A stretch of DNA of 64,000 bases from Octopus vulgaris (GCA_951406725.2 OX597817.1:128960001-129024000); one strand, 5' to 3'. Counted from the stretch's first letter, positions 1-13,502 are shown. Notes: a model not told the origin generated them from the letters alone. Numbers and translations are program-made.

Positions 1-77
1 TCAAAATGACCGAAACCGGTACTGAAAGATTCACTATAAAATTATCTTAGCATTTTCTATTTTTGACTTGTTTTTTC
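1..77 (+). ncRNA. 3' half of a hammerhead-ribozyme-like motif, truncated by the window edge, plus T-rich tail
   Basis: TCA-aaa-TGA(cc) stem II remnant, then GAAA-CCGG-TA (palindromic ACCGGT stem III, GUA triplet). The CUGAnGA box would lie upstream of base 1. Tail ends at (TA)n. Confidence 0.5.
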
Positions 78-126
78 ATATATATATAGTTAATCCAAAC
101 ATGAACACAGAGAAAACACAACAACG

Positions 127-342
127 CCCTTTGAAATACAGGTACAGCAGAAACAGGAAGAAAGGGCAAAAGGAAGTTGTGGTTAAAGAGTACAGCAGGG
201 TTCGCCACCACCTACTGCGGGAGCCTCGCGGAGCTTTAAGTGTTTTCGCTCATTAAGCACTCGCAACGTTCGGTCTGAGAATCGAAACTGCGATCTTATG
301 ACCACGAGTGCGCTACCCTAACCACTCGGTGATTTCGCCTCC
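127..342 (-). mobile_element. tRNA-derived SINE (family B head/core, alternative tail)
   Basis: Reverse complement starts TGGAGGCG..GAGTGGTTAGGG (A box) and GTTTCGATTCTC (B box). Body aligns to 1384-1570. Confidence 0.8.
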
Positions 343-496
343 ATATATATATATGTTGAAGCTAGTGGTAAACTCAAATGTCTTTTCACCCTTGAAATGG
401 CATTTGGTACCGGTGACAATCTTGTACTAACCATTCTGAGAATCTTTAATCTACATACAATGATTTGCAATATATTGCCTCATTTATTAATGCCCT

Positions 497-913
497 TTCT
501 TCTTCTTCCTTCTTCTTCTTCTTCTTCTTCTTCTTCTTCTTCTTCTTCTTCTTCTTCTTCTTCTTCTTCTTCTTCTTCTTCTCCTCCTCCTCTCCTTCTT
601 CTTCTTCTCCACCTCCTTCCTCCTCTTCTTCTTCTTCTTCTCCTCCTCCTCCTCCTTCTTCTTCTTTTTCTTCTCCTTCTTCTTCTTCTTCTTCTTCTTC
701 TTCTTCTTCTTCTTCTCCTCCTCCTCCTTCTTCTTCTTCTTCTTCTTCTCCACCTCCTCTTCCTTCTTCTTCTTCTTCTTCTTCTTCTTCTTCTCCTCCT
801 CCTCCTCCTCCTCCTTCTTCTTCTCCTCCTCCTCCTCCCCCTCCCCCTTCTTCTTCTTCTTCTTCTTCTTCTTCTTCTTCTTCTTCTTCTTCTTCTTCTT
901 CTTCTTCTTCTTC
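497..913. repeat. (CTT)n/(CCT)n compound microsatellite
   Basis: About 415 bp of pure polypyrimidine triplet repeats. Confidence 0.98.
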
Positions 914-1303
914 AGCATACTCACATGAACTCTGATCCCTATAGTAATTATTTATCCCCTAACCATACTTTTATCTACTTATTGCTTCTTCGTAATATAA
1001 GCAAAAAAGAAAACGAAATGTGAGGAAATCGCAGAATGTCAGCATGCACCTTTGATGCAAGTGCCATTCTGATGTCTAAAATCATTAAAGAACTTTTTAA
1101 AGAATTTCTTTCGCTTATTATTTGCACTATAGTTTACTCTTCACCACTCTCACACAACAGTTTTACCGTCGTGAAACAATGATTTTTTTTTCTTACACTT
1201 GAAGAATTTCACTGTTAGTCTGGAATCCGGCAACGTTGATAGCACAGAACTCGGCTTGAGTGCTTCTCTGGAATCCATGCCCTTACACCTTAACAGGACC
1301 GCT

Positions 1304-1383
<80 letters not shown>

Positions 1384-1386
<3 letters not shown>

Positions 1387-1693
1387 AGGCGCAATGGCCT
1401 AGTGTTTAGGGCAGCGGACTGGCGGTCGTGGGATCGCGGTTTCGGTTCCCAAGCCGGGCGTTGTGAGTGTTTATTGAGCGAAAACACCTAAAGCTCTACG
1501 AGGCTCCGGCAGGGGGAGGGGGGGCGATCCCTGCTGTACGCTTTCGCCACAACTTTCTATCACTCTTTCTTCTGTTGGCCTGCTCGCTTAGCCAGCGGGG
1601 TGGCGTCATTTGAAGGCTAAAACAATGCGAAGCGCATTGTGATCAGCGATGTGTAGCAACATCTGATAGCCTGGTCGATCACGGTGATCACGG

Positions 1694-1694
<1 letters not shown>
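1384..1694 (+). mobile_element. Full-length tRNA-derived SINE (family B)
   Basis: A box TGGCCTAGTGTTTAG, B box GTTTCGGTTCC, tail ending (TCACGGTGA)2, flanked by (TG)n and (TA)n. Homologues at 39205-39461 and 35481-35595. Confidence 0.9.
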
Positions 1695-1741
<47 letters not shown>

Positions 1742-1813
1742 GTATATATATATACATATATAATATGCATATATATATATGTATATGTATATATATATAC
1801 ATATATAATATGC

Positions 1814-1856
<43 letters not shown>

Positions 1857-1950
1857 ATAAAATATTAGGGAATAAATCCAAATTTACAGGGAAAAATCAG
1901 ATTTAGGATTAAATCCAATTTTATAGTATAAATATATTATATTATATTAG

Positions 1951-2553
1951 ATTAGAGATAAAACCACTATTAGGCAAATCAAACAATGAAAAACATAAGC
2001 CAATACATAAAATTAATTAATTTATATTATTTTAAATATATATCCAAGGTATTAAAAATTTTAAGAAGATAAAGAGTAAAACACTAGGATCGTTTCATGG
2101 CTGTATAATTCGTAATAATTCGAGTTATGGTTACAGTTAATCTTCAGGTTAATTGAAATATCTAAAATATAATCAGAAATATTTAAACAATATTTTTAAG
2201 ATGTAAATTATATAATAATTTTACTTATAATAAACTCTATTATCAAACTAGAAACATAAAACTTAACAATTATGATTATATCAAAATCGACTATAATGTT
2301 AAAAATTAATTTTAATTTATAAAATAGGAAACCCACCAATAATCTGATATCGGTATTAAACTATATCTAATTACATAAATATTTAAAAATGACTATTATA
2401 TATAAATTATCAATGAAAATACATAAATGTATATAAATATTATAATTAAGATCTAAAATAATCTCTATAAATACATATATATGCACATATAATAAAAACC
2501 TAATAAATTAATTTTACATATTTGATTTGCCTAATAGTGGTTTTATCTCTAAT
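1951..2553. repeat. AT-rich element bracketed by a perfect 33-bp inverted repeat
   Basis: ATTAGAGATAAAACCACTATTAGGCAAATCAAA (1951-1983) is the exact reverse complement of 2521-2553. Embedded in (TA)n. Confidence 0.85.
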
Positions 2554-2556
2554 ATA

Positions 2557-2636
<80 letters not shown>

Positions 2637-2661
2637 TATTATATATATGTATATATATATA

Positions 2662-3811
2662 TCTCTTATTATAAAAGGCAGATTTTATCTGCCTCCCTTT
2701 GTCAGTTATAGAAATCTACAATATATGATTTCTTCAATTACAATTTACCTAGCATTTTTAAGAGTAGAATGCATCGGGTTTTGCCAGGTCCAGTTTTTAA
2801 AATTTAAACTCCAATTAAGCAAAATTTACAGAAAACTCACATTCTGGTGTGTATGTCAAATGCTTTTCTTAGTCTGGTTTACAGCACACGCAAACGCACA
2901 CACACAGTGTGCAACGAATAAAGTGAAACTAGATGTAATATTTGTTTCTGTCTATCACGCTGATAGATACATGAGTAAAATGTATGGCAAGCTAACAGAT
3001 AAGAGTGAGTGAAAATGTTCTTGGAAGAGAGTAAATAGCAACAGAGTGATTTGAGGAAGACTAAACTGAAAGTATGAAACAGTGTTTATGTATAAACAGA
3101 CGACACTTATATAAACCCTTTCGTTACCAAACCGCCCGAATTTACCTATTCATATTTAAATGAGAATATCAGAGTAAATCTCTTTAGTACATTCGTGAAA
3201 ACACGTATTATACTTCGTAAACACTTCAAATACAGTTTTGTACAAAAATCGAAGTGTAATTTTAATTCCGTGAATTATGGGAGATTTTTTTCCGAAATTT
3301 GTTCCTATTGTGTTTTCAAAATTTGTAATTCTGACAAAAAATGGATACGAATTTCATTATATCATGCAGCGAGTCAGAATTCGAAGGATTTTCTACTGAA
3401 GACCTTCATAAATCTAACTCTATGACTGAAAAAAAAAGCATCTTTATATAAGAGTGAAGTTGTGTGTCTGTCTCCTACGATTTAGATTCCTAACTACTCC
3501 CACATTTTGCGGTGCAGTTTAACCAAAAGCGGGTATCTTATAGTCGTGATTCATATCGAGCCCTTCTGGGTATTAGCGCGCGTCTACGATGAGTCTACGA
3601 TTTTAAAAAAATTTACCATCATATTTTTCCATTTTAATGCATTTTTTTCGCTTTTATATAAGGGAAGTAACTCTCTAAAAATATCTACGATGTGTCAACG
3701 ATTTAAAAAATTTTAATGCATTTTTTTGCTATTTTTTGGCTATAACTCTCTAAAAATGCTTATATAGTTATTTCCCTTACAAATCCGAGCAACGCCGGGC
3801 GATACTGCTAG
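2662..3811 (+). mobile_element. Non-autonomous Helitron-like element
   Basis: A^TC 5' end (TCTCTTATTATAAAA). 3' GC hairpin CCGAGCAACGCCGGG about 10 nt before CTAG^T. Second TC-type start at 3441. Confidence 0.7.
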
Positions 3812-4224
3812 TACATATATATAAGTATATATATGTATGTGTATATATATACCTATATATATGAATATATATACAAACATACATTCACATACATACATAC
3901 ATACATACATACATACATACATGCATGCATACATACGTACATTTAATGAAAATTCACTGTAGATAAAATTTAAAATGCGTCATTCAATACCTATATTTGC
4001 ATGCATATACGTTTAGGCATGCATAAATGTGTTTGTGTACTGACGTGTTACACATATATATTTTACAGATATTTACGCTCAAGCAGGCATAAATATGTGC
4101 GCAAGCTTCTTCGTATATAATTATGTGCGTGTATATATATTATATAATGATATACATTCCAGCATATGAATATATACACTCTCCCTTACACACACACTCA
4201 CATGCTATTGAGTAATTCTTCAGG

Positions 4225-4330
<106 letters not shown>

Positions 4331-4334
4331 TCAG

Positions 4335-4375
<41 letters not shown>

Positions 4376-5261
4376 TATATATTTATGTATATATATACAC
4401 ATATATATTAATGTATATATATATATATGAGACTGAAAGGTATATATATGTATATGTATGTGTGTGTGTGTGTGTGTGTGCATGTTTGTATACACGCATA
4501 TGTGTGCTTATATAAGTTAATTTTTGAATATACACATATATTTGTATGAATATATATATATATGTGTGTGTACGTATGCGCGTATATATGCATGTTGTGT
4601 GTGCATGTGTGTGTGAATTTATGCGTGTGCCGGTTTAAATCCGTGTGAGTATTGTGTCTTTGCGTGATTTTATATATACAAATATGTTTGTATAGAATTA
4701 AGTGTAAGGACATTTTGCAAAGTAGGTCAGTGCGCCATATCTTCGCTCCTCTATTCAGTGTGTCCTTAAAACCTCTTATAAGGGGAAGCCTCTTGGTATT
4801 CACTGAGCAAACAATACAGCCAGGCGGACTCAACACAAGCTAAACTATTGTTCAGGCAAATCGCTATGAGATAGATGTGAAAACTATCAATATTGTCATT
4901 GCTTCTACTGCGCCTTATTCAAAACCCCAGATACGCCATGGATGTATGAATGGCTGCCCGCATGTGTGGATGTATTCGAATTCTTGTGTGTACGTGTGTC
5001 TCTAGAGCTACACGTTGTTGCTTATGTATGTATGTATGCATGCATGTATGTATGTATGTATGTATGTATGTATGTATGTATGTATGTATGTATGTATGTA
5101 TGTATGTATGTATGTATGTATGTATGTGTGTATGCAGACGCACATATGTGCGTATCTATCTGAGTGTATGTGTGTTGGTATATGTACATTTTGTATGAGT
5201 ATGTGCACACATCAATACACATATACATATACATGTATATATATTCATATACACATGTATG

Positions 5262-5319
<58 letters not shown>

Positions 5320-5334
5320 ATATATTTAAGTATA

Positions 5335-5501
5335 GGCGTAGGAGTGGCTGTGTGGTAAGTAGCTTGCTTACGAACCACATGGTTCCGGGTTCAGTCCCAC
5401 TGCGTGGCACTTTGGGCAAGCGTCTTCTACTATAGCCTCGGGCCGACCAAAGCCTTGTGAGTGGATTTGGTAGACGGAAACTGAAAGAAGCCCGTCGTAT
5501 A

Positions 5502-5534
<33 letters not shown>

Positions 5535-5768
5535 GTATATATATGTATGTGTGTGTATATGTTTGTGCGTCTGTGTTTGTCCCCCCAACATCGCTTGACA
5601 ACCGATGCTGGTGTGTTTACGTCCCCGTAACCTAGCGCTTCGGCAAAAAAAACCGTGTAAGTACTAGGCTTACAAAGAATAAGTCCTGGGGTCGATTTGC
5701 TCGACTAAAAGGCGGTGCTCCAGCATGGCCACAGTCAAATGACTGAAACAAGTAAAATAGTAAAAGAG
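5335..5768 (+). mobile_element. Full-length SINE family A (tRNA head, internal TA microsatellite)
   Basis: TGGCTGTGTGGTAAG and GGTTCAGTCCC boxes, TTGGGCAAG core, internal (TA)n after GAAGCCCGTCG, tail GACTGAAACAAGTAAAA. More than 10 copies in the window. Confidence 0.92.
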
Positions 5769-6382
5769 TATATATATGAATACATGCATACACACATACA
5801 TACAAACACACATGCACACATATATATATATATGCATATATGCGTGGATGCATGCATTTATGTATGTACGCGTGTACTTATGTTCATGTGTTCAAATGCG
5901 TATGTGGTTGTATGTAGGTTAGGTATGTACATACGATAGTCGTACGTACGTACGTACGTGTGTTTGCGTTTGAGTGTAAGTGCACCCGTACGTATGTGTC
6001 TACTTATAAACGTATACATTTTTTGTTATTTTTTCATTTCCTTTTTTTGTTTTACTATTTATTTTTTTGTATGTGTGTCAAGGGGCGTTACTCGTCGTTA
6101 CTCATCACGGTTGTCCAAGAAAGATTGGAATACAGATCTATTGAGGTGGAAGATGTGTCAGTTTCTTTCTCTCTCTCTCTCTCTTTCTCTCTCTCCGTTT
6201 CCATTTCTGTCTCCCTCTCTATCCCTTCTCTCGCTCTCTGTTTTTGTATCTCTCTTTCTCTCCATTGCTCCTTTCCTCTCTATATGTTTCTCATTTTCTA
6301 TCTGTGTATGTATGTATATGTATGTGTTTATATAGCTGTCTGAGTATGTGTGTGTGTGTATGTGCGTGTGTGTGTGTCTTTA

Positions 6383-6440
<58 letters not shown>

Positions 6441-6567
6441 CATACATACATACATACATATATGTATATATATATATGTCTGTATGTCTGTCTGTATGTA
6501 TGCATATATATAGCTCCCATCTTTGTTGCTCTCTCTCTCTCTCTCTCGCTCTCTCTCTCTCTCTCGC

Positions 6568-6617
<50 letters not shown>

Positions 6618-8821
6618 TGTGATTCTCTGTCTCCCTGTCTCTCATTCTCTCTTTCTCTCTCTCTCCCTCTCGCTTTCTTCCTCGCTCTCTTTCTCATTTT
6701 CTATGACAAACCAATACTCCGTCTGCTATTATTCTTTTCTCCTTGCTATTTCAATGCGTATGATTATCAAAAATACATTCACTGTTTTGGAACTAACTCT
6801 TCATTGTAACATAATGCCACTTCTCTTTGGACATTTATTTATTTACGAAGTAGAACCACTCCACCAACCACCACCAGCCACGCCACCACCACCACCGTCG
6901 ACACCACCACCAACACCAACACCACCAACACCACCACCAACATCACCACCACCACCACCACCACTCCTTCACTTTCTTACTACACTTCGTTTAATTGTAT
7001 TTTTCTTACTGTCACACACATATACATATAGGCGTATGTATATGCATGTACATGCGTGTGTATATGTATATATATTTACACACACACAAATACACACACA
7101 CACATACATACACATACATATACATACATAACGCACATACATACATATACATACATAACATACATAACGCACATACATGTATATGTAACGCACGCACATA
7201 CATATACATACATAACGCACACAAACTTATACGTATATATGTATATACATATGTACACAAATACACATGCAAATATGTTTCTACACACACACACACACAC
7301 ATACACAGACCCCGCCACACACGCACATGAGTACACTTATACCTGTGCAAGCATACTGAGATTTGTTATCATATATCGGTCCGTATATATCTTTATTTAT
7401 CTATTTATCTACCTAGCTATTTATCTATTCTCTTTCTCTCTCTTTAACTCTCTTTAATTCTCTCTCTCCCTCGTTCACTCTCTCCCTCTCTCACCCCCTT
7501 TCCCTCTTTCTCTCCCACTTCCTTCCTGTCTTGCCTCCGTTTTCTTTCTCCTTCATTCGCGTTTATTCATTTACCCGTGTCATCATAGTTATTATTCACT
7601 TCGTTGACGCTATGAATAGATGCTGATATAATTTGGAGGCACCTCGAACGAAAACCTCCCAGGAGGTCATAATCTTACAGACTCGACTGAATCAAGAGGA
7701 TTTAACGACTTAATACTGTTGTCTTATAAAGGCGCGATGAAGTAGCCGAAACGTTGGAGGGGGTAGATGGATCTCGTACAATATACAGCATTTTGCCTCA
7801 AGTTTATTCACCTACTCTTATACAAGGATACTCACCAGGCACTGTACAGCAGCCAATTCTAACTTTAATCAAAATTCATTATCTTACAAGGGATATCTTG
7901 GATAATGCAGTCCTAGAGACATTTAAAAAAAGTCATAATAAAAGGCAGGATTTGTGATGGCAGGAATGCAACTAGGGGTCGAATCGGCAGAGGATTGATA
8001 ACATGTAAAATACGTAGGGGTACTAGAAATACTTGTTTTGGTTATTTATGTTGTGAGTATTAATTCCGCTGAGATCAACTTTGCCTTTAATTTTTCTGTA
8101 GTCGATAAAATAAAGCAATAATCTAAAATGGCAAACTGGTGTTATAGCGGAAACATTGAACATAATTTTTTGCGCTATTTTCCCCGGTTTCTTGTGTTCT
8201 GAGTGTTCAAATGGGTGTAGAGAATGTGTCTGTATCTAGACGACTAAATGGTAACCTTAGAGTAAAAATACCCGAAAGAAATTAATAAGAATCATTTGTA
8301 TTCTCTCACGAAAACGCCACAACAAGTTCAAGGAAGTCAACCGGGGCAATATTGAAGAGTTGGAATGAGAGCTCATTCTCCAGTCGCAAACCTCATGGCT
8401 TGAAAGCTCTGAAAGAAGAAATGCATTTGTGGAGATATCTGAAGATTTAATGTTAACCTTTGTTTTCTTAGCAGATTGATATTCAGCCAATGTGGCGAAA
8501 TGTTAGATGCATTACAATGCCAGATAGACTGACATGCAGTATCTGCTCTGGCTCTCTGCGTTTTAAGTTCATAGCTCACCAGAGTTAAAATCGGTTTTCA
8601 TTTCGAGGCCGATAAAAATCATGTCCCATTCTACAACATCGAATTTTCAAAACTGTTAGGTCGGACGAAAAGCCTCGCATTTTTAGAGCAGCGCCTGCGA
8701 CGACACTAGCGCCAGTGTGTATTGGCCTAAGTCGGTGGCCTTTCCTTTGGATGTATATCGATAATATAGAACGAGAGACATGGACAACTCACACACACAC
8801 GCAAACATACACACACACACA

Positions 8822-8858
<37 letters not shown>

Positions 8859-8929
8859 TCATATACATATAATCTCCAGCGAGTTAACACGGGATCTCCT
8901 AACGACAATGTGAACTTCAAGGTATGCTT

Positions 8930-9016
8930 GGCCTGAAGAGAAGCTTGCGGTTTATCCCTCGTTTGGATAATTTACTACTTTCAAGGTTCCGCTCGCTATG
9001 AAACATATATGTAGCC
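8930..9016 (+). ncRNA. Type I hammerhead-ribozyme-like motif with intact core
   Basis: GGC-CTGAAGA-[AGC/GCT, GCGG/CCGC, TTATCC/GGATAA stem II]-GAAA-CATATATG-TA-GCC. Palindromic ACATATATGT stem III, GUA triplet, GGC/GCC stem I. Confidence 0.65.
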
Positions 9017-9284
9017 TGGATTTTATCTACTCCATTCCCTAGTTTTTTGACGTTTATTCGCATATACAACAACCCCTGTTGCTAACCGTGAAATATAAAA
9101 TGAACTTTTTTCAGCTTATTGTACTCCGATACGGGAAAATTTCACAACCTTCAGCATCAACAAACCACTATTGTTCCTGAAAGTTGTTTTTATATCTTCT
9201 ACGGATTTTTTGAAGCTCACTGACTTCCTATAAATTTATCCTTAGATCTTACCTTTACATAGCTCAAGAAAAAGCAATGCAGTT

Positions 9285-10451
9285 AACCAAAGTATGCACC
9301 TAAATTTTCAACATAATTTTGCCACTTTATCGATTGCTTATTTATACCGACAGCGAAGAATTCTGGAGAGCAAGAGATGATGAAATCACGAAAGGCTGTT
9401 TTTGTTCTTCTTCATACGTGAAATTTTATCTTTGGAAAACGTTGTCTAATGCCTGGAAAACATGATAGTTTGTTGGTGTAAGGTCTGGTGAATATGGTGG
9501 ATGACAGAGTACTTCCAAATTCAGTTCCTGCAACTTGAGTAGCGTTCTTTGTTCAAATTGTGGTCGAAAATTGGCCTGTCTCTATTGACCAATCTCGGTT
9601 GTTTAATTGCAAGTTCACTCATCATTTCATTCACTTGATTGATGCATACGTCTGTTGTTATTGACTTACCAGGTCTCATAAAGCTGGAGTGGATGACACC
9701 AGCGCTGGACCACTAAACAGACACTATTAGATTTGTTTGGTGAATATTCTTTTTTGGATTGTGTTTTGGTACTTCGTCTCTACACAACCGCCGTGCAGAA
9801 GGCTTGCTATTGTTGAAAATAATCTATTTTTCATCACACGTAACAATACGATGCATAAATGGTTCGCTTTTATGCCGTGACATCAAAGAACAGCAAGTTT
9901 AACGACGACATATCGTTTGATGCTCGTTCAGTTCGTGTGGTACCTACTTGTCCAGCTTCTTTACCTTGCCGGTTTGTTTCAGATGGCCAAATACAGTTGG
10001 AATCAAAACATCAAACCCTGCTGCAAACTCACGCGTAGTTTGAGATGCATCCGCTTCCACTATAGTTTCCAGCTCATCACTATACATCTTAATCTCAGGT
10101 CTATCACGGGGCTGATTTCCAAGTGTAAAGTCACCAGACCCGAACTTCTCAAACCATCGACGTACTCTGCGCTCATTCGCCACATCTTCACCGAACACCA
10201 CATTGATGTTTTGAGCTGTTTGGGCTGCATTGGTTCCACGACGGAACTCATATTTTTTATCTATCCATGGGTTCGCAAAAATTGATACACAAGAGAAAAG
10301 TAAAATAATATAACCAGATACCAAGAAATACATTTCGAAAAGTTATGATGTAACTCTTCAATGTTGTAAAACAAAGAATTGTCAGGATAAAACATTAGAA
10401 TTAACGAATGTCAAACTTGATGCATAAAAAATTTCATTCTTAATGACCTGA
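9285..10451 (-). mobile_element. Decayed mariner transposon (Hsmar1/SETMAR-like transposase pseudogene)
   Basis: ORF 9944-10333 encodes an HTH (YEFRRG..RVRRWFEKF..GKVKKLDK). Other frames give IVTCDEK and HPPYSPDLTPTNYH. Contains stops and frameshifts. Confidence 0.9.
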
Positions 10452-10502
10452 TATATATATTCTTTAATGAAATATGTGTGTGTGTTGTGTATGTATATAT
10501 AC

Positions 10503-10582
<80 letters not shown>

Positions 10583-10690
10583 TATATATATAAATAGATG
10601 AGTGTATTTTTACCTTGTTAACAATTAACACGGAAAAATAAATAAATAGTTACCAGGGCAGCAAAAATCTCACAAAATTTCGTTTTTTTC

Positions 10691-10776
10691 ACTTTCCCGA
10701 AGAGAAGATTGCATTGTTTATACCATTTATTCTTTTGAATAGTATCAGTGGAATTTTCGAAACATGTGTCGAAAGT
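10691..10776 (+). ncRNA. Hammerhead-like motif with CCGAAGA core variant
   Basis: ACTTTC-CCGAAGA-GAAGATT...AATTTTC-GAAAC-atgt-GTC-GAAAGT. Perfect 6-bp stem I and GUC triplet. Confidence 0.65.
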
Positions 10777-11714
10777 AAAAATACTTGTTTAAACCTGCGT
10801 TAACTCCATTTTTTATTCATATATATATATAAATTAAGATTATTTTTAATTTAAAGAAATCTTCATATATAATACTGTTTGTGCATTTTCAACTACTTTT
10901 ATTTTTCCTATACTAATAATTGCATGAATTAATAAAAGAAATGAACTCCCACGTCGAAGACGATGTATGAGTGTTTAGAGAGAAGACAAAAAAGATCCAA
11001 CCAAATAGACAATCAACAACACGCTCACGTTATAATTAACTACTTTACACCAATGTTTACAATTCATTCACTTCGACCAGTGACTCCTTATTTGAGTCCT
11101 CGGGCTACCAAAAGCAATATGGATATGAGCATGACTTTTTAAACCAGCACGTGATCTAGCTTGTGGACAATGGTGGTTTGCTTGTATGGATTAGTAACAA
11201 CATGTGTGTGTGTGTGTGTGTGTGTGTGTTTGTGTGTGAGTGTGTGTGTGTGAGAGTAGTTAAATAGCCCTACCTATATACAGGATAACAAACTTAAAAT
11301 ATCTGTTTGAAAACCACTTTTAAGCGAGAAAGTCACTACAGAGTCTCCATATGTAGTCACCAAATAATTTATTAACATCAAATGACTAAAGTGGAAAATT
11401 ATTAGAAAAACAATTTCTATTCATTTCTTCAACTACACACACACACACACACACCATTCTAAACTTATATTCTTTTTCTACCAGTAGACCCCTTTTTACC
11501 TACCAGTAGACCCCTATTTCCCCATATGTTTCTGAGACAGTTTTATCTCTTGCGTGTCAGGCTGATCTGTCGCCTTCTTTTCGGCTCTGTCGCCTTCTTT
11601 TCAGACTTCTTTCCCAGTCGTTAGTTTGTTTTTTATTGATGATATTATTGGTTTTCTTTCGTTTTTGTTTTTGTGGTTTCTGCAAACTTTCAGTTCCTTG
11701 TGGTCAAAAAAGGA

Positions 11715-11862
<148 letters not shown>

Positions 11863-11879
11863 TTTTTTCTCTTCTTTCA

Positions 11880-12098
11880 AATTTGCTTCTATTTCTTGCC
11901 GAGTGTCTTCCCGACTCCTAGGGCAAAGAAACTCATAGTATACATTGGTAGGCCGTTAAACCAAACTCAATAGTTCGTTCATTTTTTTTTTTTTTTAAGT
12001 TAAATTAAAATACATGAGCAGCAACAGTTCTCACATCGACAATGCTCTTCTCAATACGTGTGATGTACCAGTTAAGACAATCTTTTGCACTTCTTGCA
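11880..12098 (-). mobile_element. 3' end of R4/Dong-like RLE non-LTR retrotransposon
   Basis: Minus strand encodes QEVQKIVLTGTSHVLRRAL plus a 3' UTR running into (AAT)n. Homologous to 12665-12860. Confidence 0.7.
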
Positions 12099-12100
12099 AA

Positions 12101-12181
<81 letters not shown>

Positions 12182-12184
<3 letters not shown>

Positions 12185-12504
12185 TAGTATATTTTTTTTA
12201 GCGTGCTTTCACTTCACTACCGAGCACCTATATTCCTCTTGATGCCTTCTGATACTGTTCCCAAGGACCCAACAATAATTGGCACTATCTTCACCTTCAT
12301 TTTACATAGCCGGGCTATTTCGTACTTAAGAGGGTTGTATTTATCTATTTTTTCGCCTTCTTTCTTGGTTATTCGTTGATCAAAGGAGCCTGCAGTATTA
12401 ACTATACAGCTTGTGTAGTGCATTTTGTTGACTACCACTAGGTCTGGTCTGTTATGCACCTGATCTGTTTGGACTGGGAAATCCCAGAGGATTTTACTAA
12501 TCAC
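12182..12504 (-). mobile_element. R4/Dong-like LINE 3' fragment (restriction-like endonuclease domain)
   Basis: KILWDFPVQTD..HNRPDLVVV..KIDKYNPLKYEIARL..VPIIVGSLGTV, the RPD motif of RLE elements. Flanked by (TAA)n on both sides. Confidence 0.85.
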
Positions 12505-12526
12505 CGACTCATAATTATTATTATTA

Positions 12527-12615
<89 letters not shown>

Positions 12616-12664
12616 GTTATTGTTGTTGTTGTTGTTGTTGTTAATATTATCTCTTCATTCAGTT

Positions 12665-13210
12665 TTGTCACCATTTCTTGTCGAGTGTCTTCTCAACACC
12701 TAGAGCGCAGAAACTCATTATATACATTACTAGGCCATTAAAATAAAGACACTAGATATTTCGTTTAAAAAATCAAATTATGGTGTAAGAAAAGGTTACA
12801 TGGGTATGTTCTTTTCAATACGTGTGATGTACTAGTTAAAATAATCTTTCGCACTTCTTATATTGATGGTAAGCCAGGAATCATTCTCAAATAATTTTCA
12901 GTTCCTTTTTTATCATTCCAAGTGCTTCTACACTCAGTGGTATGGTAACTGCCTTGAGATGCCTAACTTTTTTCAATTTCAATGAGCAAGCCCTTATATT
13001 TTCTAAGCTCTTCAAATTCTTTTGCCGAGATGTCGGCAAACAGACTTTATTTTGGTTCTTACGATTATATGGGAATTTGACAACGAATGGGTGGACATTT
13101 CATAAATCTCGACTTTGTTTTCTAGTCATATTTGATGATCTAACTACAGTTAAGTTGAAAAATAGTTACTTTTGAGACCCACATGATCCCTGCTAGTTCT
13201 ACCTTTGAGT
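12665..13210 (-). mobile_element. Decayed R4/Dong-like LINE 3' fragment
   Basis: Minus frames give HLKAVTIP, YLRMIPGLPSI and KIILTSTSHVLKR. Same 3' UTR as 11880-12040. Confidence 0.7.
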
Positions 13211-13502
13211 TTGTTTGAAAATGAGAGATTAAGATTACATTAAAATATTTAAAGAAAAAGAAATATATATTCAATAATTAGTGCTAGCATAGTACTCCCC
13301 TTTCTACAGAGATTACTTTCAGAGAATTTTCGGGAAAGGGTGAAAAAGTCCTCGAAAGAAATTGTTTTCAACATAATTGAAATGAAATCATCAAAATGTA
13401 TGAGGTAAAAAAAAATGTCTGAAATATCTTTCGCTCTATTCCTTTTGCTTTTCACTTTAAATTCCGATATAATCGTTATCTACGCCGTCTGAATGATATT
13501 TA

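Noticed and set aside
397-1023. 208-aa poly-Ser/Leu ORF and similar poly-E, YIYI, CVCV and HTHT ORFs throughout
   Set aside because: These are translations of microsatellites that lack stop codons and carry no coding signal.
8257-8490. 77-aa ORF in unique-looking sequence
   Set aside because: No recognisable domain or splice signals; possibly a decayed transposase remnant.
9944-10333. SETMAR domesticated gene
   Set aside because: No SET domain, the transposase is broken by stops, and the third catalytic Asp is lost.
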